A stretch of 26,587 bases of DNA from a virus (Duplodnaviria > Caudoviricetes), in the IMG/VR virus record IMGVR_UViG_3300017912_002981, positions 1 through 26,587 of that record. The stretch is one strand, 5' to 3'. Position 1 is the first letter of the stretch. Every line of letters begins with the position of its first letter. A program made the translations under genes and the position numbers. Below the pieces are notes generated by a model that was given only the letters and a program-made list of their open reading frames with translations, had not been told where the DNA came from and ran no database searches. Below, piece by piece: positions 1-7,456 of this stretch.

Positions 1-87
1 AACAATTCGGACGTTGCAACATCAAACGCTAATATCTTGGTGAGAATAAACCACCACCAATATAGAAGCAGAACAGGCATAGCATAA
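1..87 (+). CDS. 3' end of upstream gene (partial), probably a head-associated structural protein
   Basis: Frame 1 is open: NNSDVATSNANILVRINHHQYRSRTGIA*, TAA at 85-87, followed by the AGGAGA RBS of the capsid gene. Function inferred only from position. Confidence 0.6.
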   Translation, partial: NNSDVATSNANILVRINHHQYRSRTGIA

Positions 88-102
88 TAGAGGAGAATAA
101 CT

Positions 103-1020
103 ATGGCAATATCACGATCACAACTAGTCAAAGAACTAGAGCCAGGTTTGAATGCTTTATTCGGCCTGGAATATAACAGATACGAAAACCAGCATGCTGA
201 AATTTTCGTAACTGAAACATCTGACAGAGCTTTCGAAGAAGAAGTAATGTTAAGCGGTTTTGCTTCTGCACCAACTAAACAAGAAGGTGCTGGAGTAGTG
301 TTTGATACAGCGGGTGAAACATTCACAGCTAGATACAACCACGAAACAATTGCTTTAGCATTTGCTATTACTGAAGAAGCAATCGAAGACAACCTATATG
401 ACAGATTAGCTGCAAGATACACAAGAGCTCTTGCAAGATCTATGTCAAATACGAAGCAAGTTAAAGCTGCTAACGTATTGAACCAAGCGCAATTTGCTGC
501 TGTGACTGGTGGAGACGGTGTTCCGTTAATAGCGAACAACCACCCATTAGCTACTGGTGGTGTATTCTCAAACGTTCTTACTGTTGCTGCAGACCTTAAC
601 GAAACTTCACTTGAGCAATCGTTAATCGACATCGCAGGATTTGTAGATGAAAGAGGATTAAGAATCGCTTCTCAAGGTAGAAAAATGATAATTCCAAAAG
701 AATTACAATTTACTGCTGAGAGATTGATGAAGTCTCCTCAAAGAACTTCAACTGCTGATAACGATATCAACGCAATCGCCTCAATGGGAATGGTACCAGA
801 AGGGTACTCAGTTAACAATTTTTTAACTGATACTGATTCTTTCTTCCTATTGACTGATGTGCCTAACGGATTAAAACACTTCGTTAGATCACCAATCAAA
901 ACTGCGATTGAAGGTGACTTCGATACTGGTAATGTAAGATTTAAAGCTAGAGAAAGATACTCTTTTGGATTCTCTGATCCAAGATGTATTTTTGGTAATG
1001 GAAATCTACCAACTAGCTAA
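103..1020 (+). CDS. Major capsid protein (HK97 fold, Mu gpT-like family)
   Basis: 305 aa; N-terminus MAISRSQLVKELEPGLNALFGLEY and C-terminal FDTGNVRFKARERYSFGFSDPR are typical of this capsid family; strong RBS (GAGGAG) upstream; terminator downstream. Confidence 0.9.
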   Translation: MAISRSQLVKELEPGLNALFGLEYNRYENQHAEIFVTETSDRAFEEEVMLSGFASAPTKQEGAGVVFDTAGETFTARYNHETIALAFAITEEAIEDNLYDRLAARYTRALARSMSNTKQVKAANVLNQAQFAAVTGGDGVPLIANNHPLATGGVFSNVLTVAADLNETSLEQSLIDIAGFVDERGLRIASQGRKMIIPKELQFTAERLMKSPQRTSTADNDINAIASMGMVPEGYSVNNFLTDTDSFFLLTDVPNGLKHFVRSPIKTAIEGDFDTGNVRFKARERYSFGFSDPRCIFGNGNLPTS

Positions 1021-1047
1021 TAGTTAATAATAAATATTAATTACTCT

Positions 1048-1079
1048 AAAGGGGCGGTGTTCACATCGCCCCTTTTTTT
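1048..1079 (+). terminator. Rho-independent terminator after the capsid gene
   Basis: GGGGCGGTG-ttca-CATCGCCCC stem (one G-U pair) followed by T7; upstream AAA can extend the stem. Confidence 0.9.
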
Positions 1080-1088
1080 ATGTATAAT
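1060..1088 (+). promoter_or_regulatory. sigma70-type promoter overlapping the terminator
   Basis: TTCACA (1060-1065) - 17 nt - TATAAT (1083-1088). Confidence 0.65.
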
Positions 1089-1108
1089 AAAATTACCTAG
1101 AATAAATA

Positions 1109-1151
1109 ATTTTGTAGACTGACTAGGCAGACGGTATAGAGACTACAAAAT
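1109..1151 (+). other. Candidate structured RNA element in the 5' UTR of ORF 1176
   Basis: ATTTTGTAG (1109-1117) pairs with CTACAAAAT (1143-1151), enclosing a GC-richer 25-nt core with a CTG-actagg-CAG mini hairpin. Confidence 0.45.
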
Positions 1152-1175
1152 AAAACGCTATACAAGGAGAATATT

Positions 1176-1721
1176 ATGGCAAATACTACATTTGACGGAC
1201 CAGTCAGATCAAAAAATGGTTTTATTAATTTAGGACCTGCTGCAGTGAAAGCTGTTACTTTAGCAACAGATTTAAATGTTGCTGACCATGCTGGAAGATT
1301 AGTAACAATGGATCCAGCAGCAACACCTACTGCAATTACATTACCAGCAATTGTTTCAACTGCTGATTCTGCTATCGCAGGACCAGGAAGTGATCCAAAT
1401 AATGCAAACACAATAGGTACAACTTTTGAAATTCTTTTTATTGATGATTTCACGGGAACTATCAAAACTGCTAGCACAGATGACAAATTTATTGGTGCTG
1501 CTACAATCGGTATTGATGCGTCAGTAGCTGGTAAACAATTTGTTGTAGCAACTAATGACAATGAAGTTAATCTAAATGGTGAAGCTGGAGCATCTGTTGC
1601 CACAACAGGTGGTCTTAAAGGTTCAAGAATTAAATTTACTGCAATTGCAGCTAACTTATATGCTGTAGAGGGTCAGCTTGTTGGTTCTGGAACACTAGCA
1701 ACACCTTTTGATGCTCAATAA
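1176..1721 (+). CDS. Putative capsid decoration / minor head protein
   Basis: 181 aa, rich in Ala/Thr/Gly and beta-like; AAGGAG RBS; directly downstream of the capsid gene. Confidence 0.6.
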   Translation: MANTTFDGPVRSKNGFINLGPAAVKAVTLATDLNVADHAGRLVTMDPAATPTAITLPAIVSTADSAIAGPGSDPNNANTIGTTFEILFIDDFTGTIKTASTDDKFIGAATIGIDASVAGKQFVVATNDNEVNLNGEAGASVATTGGLKGSRIKFTAIAANLYAVEGQLVGSGTLATPFDAQ

Positions 1722-1731
1722 TAATTAATTA

Positions 1732-1753
1732 GTGGCTCTCTTCGGAGAGCCAC
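1732..1753 (+). terminator. Stable C(UUCG)G hairpin; terminator-like but lacking a U tract
   Basis: GTGGCTCTC-TTCG-GAGAGCCAC perfect 9-bp stem. Confidence 0.6.
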
Positions 1754-1770
1754 AACTATAGGAGAAAATT

Positions 1771-2058
1771 ATGGGTGGAGGAAGTTTTTCATCAGATCAA
1801 TCGAGTGCTCATGCTATATCTACTGCACAAATGGTAGCTCAAAATAAAAGAGCAAGACTTACTTCGATACAAGCTAAAGGTAACGCTAGTGGATCTATCA
1901 TTTTTAAAAGTGGTGGTGCTTCAGGTACTACGATAGCGACTTATTTGTTTGGTACTGAAGGTTTAGATATGTATCTACCAGGAAATGGTATTTTGTTTGA
2001 TGATGGTATTCATGCAACGATTGCTGGAACTACTGGTGTAACAATTACATTTACATAA
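1771..2058 (+). CDS. Small putative virion structural protein
   Basis: 95 aa, rich in Gly/Ser/Thr; AGGAGA RBS; located in the head module. Confidence 0.6.
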   Translation: MGGGSFSSDQSSAHAISTAQMVAQNKRARLTSIQAKGNASGSIIFKSGGASGTTIATYLFGTEGLDMYLPGNGILFDDGIHATIAGTTGVTITFT

Positions 2059-2059
2059 G

Positions 2060-2377
2060 ATGGATTTAGAATATTACGCTGATATTCTGGAATTAAAAAG
2101 AGGTGGTGATGTTCAACCACCTAAAACAAAAAAATATTTTAGGGCAACTAAATCAGGTGCAGGGATGACTGCAGCTGGAGTTGCAAGATACAGAAGAGAA
2201 AATCCTGGATCTAAATTAAAAACGGCTGTGACTGGAAAGGTCAAACCTGGCTCAAAAGCTGCAAAACGTAGAAAGAGCTTTTGTGCGAGGTCAGCGGGGC
2301 AAATGAAAAAATTTCCTAAAGCTGCCAAAGATCCGAATTCAAGATTAAGACAAGCTAGACGGAGATGGAAATGCTAG
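2060..2377 (+). CDS. Highly basic phage protein (putative internal/DNA-binding)
   Basis: 105 aa; acidic first 11 residues then K/R-rich; AKRRKSFCAR...RRWKC motif resembles a common marine phage hypothetical family. Confidence 0.75.
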   Translation: MDLEYYADILELKRGGDVQPPKTKKYFRATKSGAGMTAAGVARYRRENPGSKLKTAVTGKVKPGSKAAKRRKSFCARSAGQMKKFPKAAKDPNSRLRQARRRWKC

Positions 2378-2380
2378 TTT

Positions 2381-3070
2381 ATGTCTTACCTGAATGCTAA
2401 CATACCACCAATATATTGTAAGGTAAGAAAGGAGTATCTTTATGATCTTAAAAAACATCACGGAGAAAGTGAAGACTGTGTGGTCTTCGGTCTTACATCC
2501 ATTTCAGGACGTGCGATCTTATTTAACATCATGCTTCCCAACGGTGCATGCTTTTGGCGTTTGCCTATCTCAGCGTTTTTCCAAAAACAGTTTGATAGAG
2601 CCGATGTGCCGAATATGCAGACGCACGAGTTGGAATTGTGGAACTGTTTTAGTTATTGGCCTAGTGTTCATCGCTTTGATTGGTTGGCTGGTATAAAAGG
2701 AAAATATTTAGGCCTAGATAAAAAATTTTATCATGGAGAATATTTATTCACGATTGATTGGGGGCATCCAGATGTTAATATATTGGATGTTGAGCATTCT
2801 GAAATACCTCAAGAACATAAGTGTGCGCATATATTGGCTCTTGCTAACGGTAATTATGCAGCTCAGCCTAATAATCGTATTCTTTGGCACGTTAACAGTT
2901 ATACTACTGATGACAGCTGGCCAGATTACAAAGTTCAGACTACATACTGGGACGCAGAAGATAACAACATGGTTACAGAAGATTCGGACAAAATGTTTTA
3001 CGAAATGGAAGAAAAAAGAGAAAACACTGAGTCAAATGTTACAAGAGGGGTTCGAAAAAGAACAAAATGA
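2381..3070 (+). CDS. Conserved hypothetical phage protein
   Basis: 229 aa, rich in W/H/C; tightly packed with neighbours; no assignable catalytic motif. Confidence 0.75.
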   Translation: MSYLNANIPPIYCKVRKEYLYDLKKHHGESEDCVVFGLTSISGRAILFNIMLPNGACFWRLPISAFFQKQFDRADVPNMQTHELELWNCFSYWPSVHRFDWLAGIKGKYLGLDKKFYHGEYLFTIDWGHPDVNILDVEHSEIPQEHKCAHILALANGNYAAQPNNRILWHVNSYTTDDSWPDYKVQTTYWDAEDNNMVTEDSDKMFYEMEEKRENTESNVTRGVRKRTK

Positions 3071-3159
3071 TTGATAAATTTATTTACAAATGTTTTGAAG
3101 CACTAGACAAAGTATGTGAATGGATGGATAATTTATTTAGTAAGAAAAAGAAAAAATGA
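3067..3159 (+). CDS. Small protein, 30 aa (not in ORF track)
   Basis: MIDKFIYKCFEALDKVCEWMDNLFSKKKKK*; ATGA overlaps with both flanking genes indicate translational coupling. Confidence 0.7.
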   Translation: MIDKFIYKCFEALDKVCEWMDNLFSKKKKK

Positions 3160-3533
3160 GTAATAAACCATTAAATATTGGAGAAGAGGCACGGGTGCAG
3201 ATGCCGATGAAAACGGTAGCTAGCTTAATCGTGCTTGTGGCAATGGGCGTGTTCGCTTATACGGAGCTTACTGCGAGGTTAGTATCGTTAGAGACATCAA
3301 GAGAGTTATTTGAAAATGATTTATTAAAACGAAGTGAACAAGTCCCCATCGATCAGGAGCAACATTTTTTGATTGAAGATCTTTACAAGTCTGTAGAGAA
3401 AATGGAAGAGACCCAAGAGATGAACATGACCAATAAGGTTAATATCGAATTTTTAAGAGAGCAACTAGATCAAGCATTGTCTGATATCGAAGAGCTGAAA
3501 GATAAAGTTAGAGCAAACGGGAGTCATCAATGA
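3156..3533 (+). CDS. Membrane-anchored coiled-coil protein (i-spanin- or holin-like candidate)
   Basis: One TM segment (VASLIVLVAMGVFAY) followed by a heptad-rich acidic tail. Confidence 0.5.
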   Translation: MSNKPLNIGEEARVQMPMKTVASLIVLVAMGVFAYTELTARLVSLETSRELFENDLLKRSEQVPIDQEQHFLIEDLYKSVEKMEETQEMNMTNKVNIEFLREQLDQALSDIEELKDKVRANGSHQ

Positions 3534-3748
3534 CAGAGTTAGTAATAGCCCTACTTATGATTGTACAAGGAGAGATTAAGGAGGCACGTATCCAAACCTC
3601 AATGTCTGATTGTTTGAAAGGGGCACGTGTAGCTAAACGTCAATTAAAAGCTAATGGAAATGTTAAGTACCAATGCATAAAGTCGATGGCTGAGCTCGAG
3701 TCGAACATAGACGGATCAAAATCAATAAAAAAATTGATTTTGGAATGA
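3530..3748 (+). CDS. Small putative exported protein with two Cys
   Basis: 72 aa; hydrophobic N-terminus; ATGA-coupled at both ends. Confidence 0.65.
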   Translation: MTELVIALLMIVQGEIKEARIQTSMSDCLKGARVAKRQLKANGNVKYQCIKSMAELESNIDGSKSIKKLILE

Positions 3749-3963
3749 AATTTATTTTAGTAATGGTTCTTTGTAGCAAAATTGCTGCAAATGAATGTAA
3801 ACCTTTTATGCCTAAGCAAGAAATATTTGATAGTTATAAAGATTGTGCAAGATATGGTTACAGTCATGCTTCTGAAATTATGAATGGATTAGAAGATAAA
3901 TTTATTGAAGATTATCAAGCTTACATAGTTTTCAATTGCAAACCACATAGTTCTATAATATAA
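3745..3963 (+). CDS. Small putative exported protein with four Cys
   Basis: 72 aa; MKFILVMVLC N-terminus; ATGA overlap with the previous gene. Confidence 0.65.
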   Translation: MKFILVMVLCSKIAANECKPFMPKQEIFDSYKDCARYGYSHASEIMNGLEDKFIEDYQAYIVFNCKPHSSII

Positions 3964-3964
3964 T
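3936..3964 (+). promoter_or_regulatory. sigma70-type promoter, likely leaderless transcript
   Basis: TTGCAA (3936-3941) - 17 nt - TATAAT (3959-3964); ATG begins 5 nt later at 3970. Confidence 0.65.
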
Positions 3965-3969
3965 AAGTT

Positions 3970-4125
3970 ATGAATTTTAAATTTGATTTATTAAAAGCTA
4001 CTAGAGACAAAAGAATTAAAGAATCAGCTACTGCGATTTTAAGAAAAAGAAGTAGAGATTCTGTTGCAAGGCCTAGAGCTGAAAAAAATATATTAAATAA
4101 TAATCCTAATATGCAAAAAATATAA
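3970..4125 (+). CDS. Small basic protein, 51 aa (not in ORF track)
   Basis: MNFKFDLLKATRDKRIKESATAILRKRSRDSVARPRAEKNILNNNPNMQKI*; fills the gap between two genes. Confidence 0.65.
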   Translation: MNFKFDLLKATRDKRIKESATAILRKRSRDSVARPRAEKNILNNNPNMQKI

Positions 4126-4138
4126 AATTCATTTAAAA

Positions 4139-5590
4139 GTGAATCTTTTATCATTAAGACTTTGCGTTCATGACTCAAATATTTCATATTTTGATGGTAG
4201 TGAAATTTACTACATTAAAACTGAAAGATTAAAAAATATAAAACATCACGCAATTGATAACCTTTGGGAATGGAAAAAAATAATTTATGATCTATGGAAT
4301 TTGAAAGAGAATGATTTAGATGATGTTAGTATAATATTTGATCCATGGAGATATGGATTAGAATTTGATAAAAATAATTTTTTTCCTATAAAAGATTGTA
4401 AAATATTAAACGCTACTCAAATTAATCATCACTATGCACATGCGTTAAGTAATGATCTATATTTTGGTGATTTTAAAAATCATGTAGTTATTGATGGTTT
4501 TGGAGACTGGTCGGATTCAGCTTCAATAATAACAAATCATAAACTAGTTGATGTAATTAATAAAGATATGCATGGTTCTATAGGTTTAGAATATAGTATG
4601 ATAGGTTCTAATATTTTTGGTTTGAAAGCACACCCAAATGATTTTGCTGGTAAAGTAATGTGCTTACAAGCTTATGGTAAATTTGATCCCATTTTGTATA
4701 AAGAATTTAAAAATCTAACTATTAAAAATATAAATGTATTATGTAATTTTTCAAATTATATTAAATATAAAGGAAGTGAAAAATTAGCTGAATTAACCAG
4801 ATTAGATTGGTGGAACACTGTACACAAAAAATTAGGGGAAATTATTTTAGATTATATTTTAAATTTTTTCAAAAAAGATGATTACATATCATATTCAGGA
4901 GGAGTTTGTCATAACATTATATGGAATACATTTCTTAAGAATAATTTACCAAATCTGAAGATAAGTGCACACTGTGATGATGAGGGTCTTTCTTTAGGAG
5001 GTCTTAAATTTTTACTAAATAAAAATAAAATCAGTAATTTTAAAATTAATTATTTTCAAAGTGATGAAGCACCAAATACAAAAATTGAAGAGAAAAGATT
5101 ACAAAAAATAGCTAGACTATTGAGTAACGGTAAAATTATTGCACTTTATGACGGTCATGGTGAAGTAGGTCCAAGAGCATTAGGTTATAGATCTTTGTTA
5201 ATAAGTCCTTTTACTAATAATGCAAAAGATAAAATTAACAAGATAAAAAAAAGAGAATCTTTTAGACCTTTTGGTGGCGTTGTGCTAAATGAGGATAGAG
5301 ATAAATATAGTGACCTAAAATGGGAAAATCCACAAATGCTTTATAATAGCAAAATATTTAACGTGAAAGAATTAGAACATGTAGACGGCACATGTAGAAT
5401 TCAAACTGTAAAAAATGGTAATTTATATAAAATATTAAAGTATTTTAAAGAATTAACAGGAGAGTCTATTTTATTAAATACAAGTTTAAATACTTCAGGA
5501 TATCCTATAATAAGTAATTTACAAAATTTAAAAAAATTTAAAGAACAAAATAAAGAAGTAATAACATTTTATGGAAATCAAGAAATATAA
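4139..5590 (+). CDS. Carbamoyltransferase (NodU/CmcH family)
   Basis: Motifs HDSN, HHYAHA, IDGFGD, GKVMCLQAYG, SGGVCHN, GPRALGYRS, KKRESFRPF, HVDGTCRIQTV, LLNTSLN; GTG start. Confidence 0.92.
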   Translation: MNLLSLRLCVHDSNISYFDGSEIYYIKTERLKNIKHHAIDNLWEWKKIIYDLWNLKENDLDDVSIIFDPWRYGLEFDKNNFFPIKDCKILNATQINHHYAHALSNDLYFGDFKNHVVIDGFGDWSDSASIITNHKLVDVINKDMHGSIGLEYSMIGSNIFGLKAHPNDFAGKVMCLQAYGKFDPILYKEFKNLTIKNINVLCNFSNYIKYKGSEKLAELTRLDWWNTVHKKLGEIILDYILNFFKKDDYISYSGGVCHNIIWNTFLKNNLPNLKISAHCDDEGLSLGGLKFLLNKNKISNFKINYFQSDEAPNTKIEEKRLQKIARLLSNGKIIALYDGHGEVGPRALGYRSLLISPFTNNAKDKINKIKKRESFRPFGGVVLNEDRDKYSDLKWENPQMLYNSKIFNVKELEHVDGTCRIQTVKNGNLYKILKYFKELTGESILLNTSLNTSGYPIISNLQNLKKFKEQNKEVITFYGNQEI

Positions 5591-6047
5591 AATAGTAGAT
5601 AATTTAGTCAAAGAAAAATATTGTGATTATTTATTTAAATTAATTAACAAGGATGATTTTCCCTGGCACGTCAGTGATATCAATGCGAATGATTCTAATA
5701 GGTATTTCACACATACTTTATTTAAACACTATTGGTCTTCACAATATTTAAATGAATTTTTTCCATTACTAGATGCTATAGGCATTAAAGCTCTAATAAG
5801 AATTAAAATAAATTTTTATCCAAAAACTAATATTATTGAAAAACACGCAAAACATAAAGATTATGATTATACACATAAAGCAGCAATTTTTTCCCTTAAC
5901 ACTTGCAAAGGTGGTACTTATGTGGAAGAATCATTTATAGAATCTAAAAAAAATAGATTACTTAAATTTGATGGAAGTTTAAATCACTGTAGTACATCTA
6001 CAGACAATAAAAATGGTAGAATAAATATAAATTTTAATTATTTTTAA
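5571..6047 (+). CDS. 2OG-Fe(II) oxygenase-like protein
   Basis: HKD (HxD) ... H in LNHCS ... RININFNY, the expected double-stranded beta-helix metal triad and Arg. Confidence 0.75.
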   Translation: MEIKKYKIVDNLVKEKYCDYLFKLINKDDFPWHVSDINANDSNRYFTHTLFKHYWSSQYLNEFFPLLDAIGIKALIRIKINFYPKTNIIEKHAKHKDYDYTHKAAIFSLNTCKGGTYVEESFIESKKNRLLKFDGSLNHCSTSTDNKNGRININFNYF

Positions 6048-6048
6048 T

Positions 6049-6525
6049 ATGAATCTGAGTCGTAATTTTACCCTTCAAGAGTTAATTAAATCTGACACTG
6101 CAATCAGGTTAGATATCAATAACAATCCAAACTCAGGTCAGATAGAAAAATTAAAAGCACTTTGTGAAAATATTTTACAGCCAGTACGTGATCACTTTGG
6201 TAGAGTAAAAGTGACTAGCGGATTTCGTAGTGAACAACTTTGTATTAAGATAGGTAGCTCTGTAAATTCACAACATGCCAAAGCCGAGGCGGCAGACTTC
6301 GAAGTAATGGGCACAGACAACGCTGAATTAGCTGATTGGATTTATAATAATTTAGAATTCGATCAATTGATACTCGAGTACTACATTCCTGGCGAACCCA
6401 ACTCGGGCTGGATCCACTGCAGCTATGTCCCTGACCAACCTAGAAAACAATTCTTACACGCGTATAAATCAGAGGGTAAAACAAAATATAAACCAATAAT
6501 AGGAAAGGCAGTGGATTTAGTATGA
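6049..6525 (+). CDS. Endolysin, peptidase M15A family
   Basis: LSRNFTLQEL, VTSGFRS, SQHAKAEAADF (H-x6-D), WIHCS Zn-binding motifs. Confidence 0.88.
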   Translation: MNLSRNFTLQELIKSDTAIRLDINNNPNSGQIEKLKALCENILQPVRDHFGRVKVTSGFRSEQLCIKIGSSVNSQHAKAEAADFEVMGTDNAELADWIYNNLEFDQLILEYYIPGEPNSGWIHCSYVPDQPRKQFLHAYKSEGKTKYKPIIGKAVDLV

Positions 6526-6662
6526 CTATAGGCAGATCACAAATATCAAAACAAGTTGAAGGTAAGTTACGTGGTGCGAGAGACGAGAAGAAAAAAAAGA
6601 AGAGAGGAGAAATAGCTATCAAGCGTAAGAAAAACCCATTGTCTAGGACTTTTACTGCCTAA
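6522..6662 (+). CDS. Small basic protein, 46 aa (not in ORF track)
   Basis: MTIGRSQISKQVEGKLRGARDEKKKKKRGEIAIKRKKNPLSRTFTA*; ATGA overlap with the endolysin stop. Confidence 0.7.
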   Translation: MTIGRSQISKQVEGKLRGARDEKKKKKRGEIAIKRKKNPLSRTFTA

Positions 6663-6678
6663 TAAAAAATGTTATAAT
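6651..6678 (+). promoter_or_regulatory. Extended -10 promoter, likely leaderless transcript
   Basis: TG-T-TATAAT (6670-6678), TTTACT at 6651-6656; ATG 5 nt after the -10; no SD. Confidence 0.7.
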
Positions 6679-6683
6679 CTTGC

Positions 6684-7181
6684 ATGACTAAATTATGTGC
6701 AAGAGGCAAAGCTGCCGCAAAAAGAAAATTCCGTGTTTATCCCAGTGCATATGCTAACGCCTACGCTAGCAAGATTTGTGCGGGTAAAATCAAAGATCCA
6801 TCAGGTGTAAAAAGAAAAGATTTTAAAGGACCAAAACCAGCTGGCAAAAAAATAGGTGGAGAAGCAAAGGTTAAAGAAGTTGCTAAAGCTCTTCACAAAG
6901 CATCTGGTTTACACAAAGCTCAAGCTAAAGCTTTGGACTCAGTAACTAAAGCTAATGAAGGATTAGCTATAGAGGTTTTAAAAGAAGAGTCACAAAAAAT
7001 TATAGATAATTTTCCAAAGAAAAAGAAAAAGAAATATGTAAGAGAACCTCAATCTAGAGATAAGTTTCAACCATCTAAATCTATGTTAGTAGACTACGGT
7101 AAAAAAGTTACAACAGTAGAAAATTATTCTAGAGGTGGAGGAATTGCTATAAGAGGTATGGGATTCAAAGGAGTATTCTAA
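6684..7181 (+). CDS. Lys-rich modular phage protein (putative internal protein)
   Basis: 165 aa; YPSAYAN N-terminal module; C-terminal RGGGIAIRGMGFKGVF. Confidence 0.75.
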   Translation: MTKLCARGKAAAKRKFRVYPSAYANAYASKICAGKIKDPSGVKRKDFKGPKPAGKKIGGEAKVKEVAKALHKASGLHKAQAKALDSVTKANEGLAIEVLKEESQKIIDNFPKKKKKKYVREPQSRDKFQPSKSMLVDYGKKVTTVENYSRGGGIAIRGMGFKGVF

Positions 7182-7456
7182 TGAGTCTTAAAAAATGGTT
7201 TTCAGAAAAATGGGTAGATATTGGCAGCAAGCGAAAGGATGGTTCCTACGCACCATGCGGTCGATCAAAATTGAAAGCAGACAAAAAAAGGGCTTATCCA
7301 AAATGCGTGCCTGCTGCAAAAGCAGCAAGGATGACAGACTCTCAAAGGCGGAGTGCCGTTGCGAGAAAAAGAAGTAAGCCTCAAGGAGTCGGTGGTAAAC
7401 CAACGAATGTGAGCACCTTTACCAAGAAGTATTACGGTGGTATGATTGAAGTATGA
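7181..7456 (+). CDS. Small basic phage protein
   Basis: 91 aa; LKKWFSEKWVDI...PCGR...YPKCVP; coupled to both neighbours. Confidence 0.75.
   Translation: MSLKKWFSEKWVDIGSKRKDGSYAPCGRSKLKADKKRAYPKCVPAAKAARMTDSQRRSAVARKRSKPQGVGGKPTNVSTFTKKYYGGMIEV

Noticed and set aside
990-1047. Capsid C-terminal extension by frameshift or readthrough
   Set aside because: TAA TAG is followed by further stops in AT-rich DNA and then a terminator.
1115-1146. Hammerhead ribozyme (CTGA core)
   Set aside because: The sequence is CTGACTA rather than CUGANGA, and there is no GAAA core or three-stem arrangement.
2060-2107. Double-glycine bacteriocin/RiPP leader or ubiquitin-like GG
   Set aside because: There is no C39 peptidase/ABC transporter or E1/E2 enzyme in the window. 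The motifs are mostly internal and repeated in virion-type proteins, not C-terminal.
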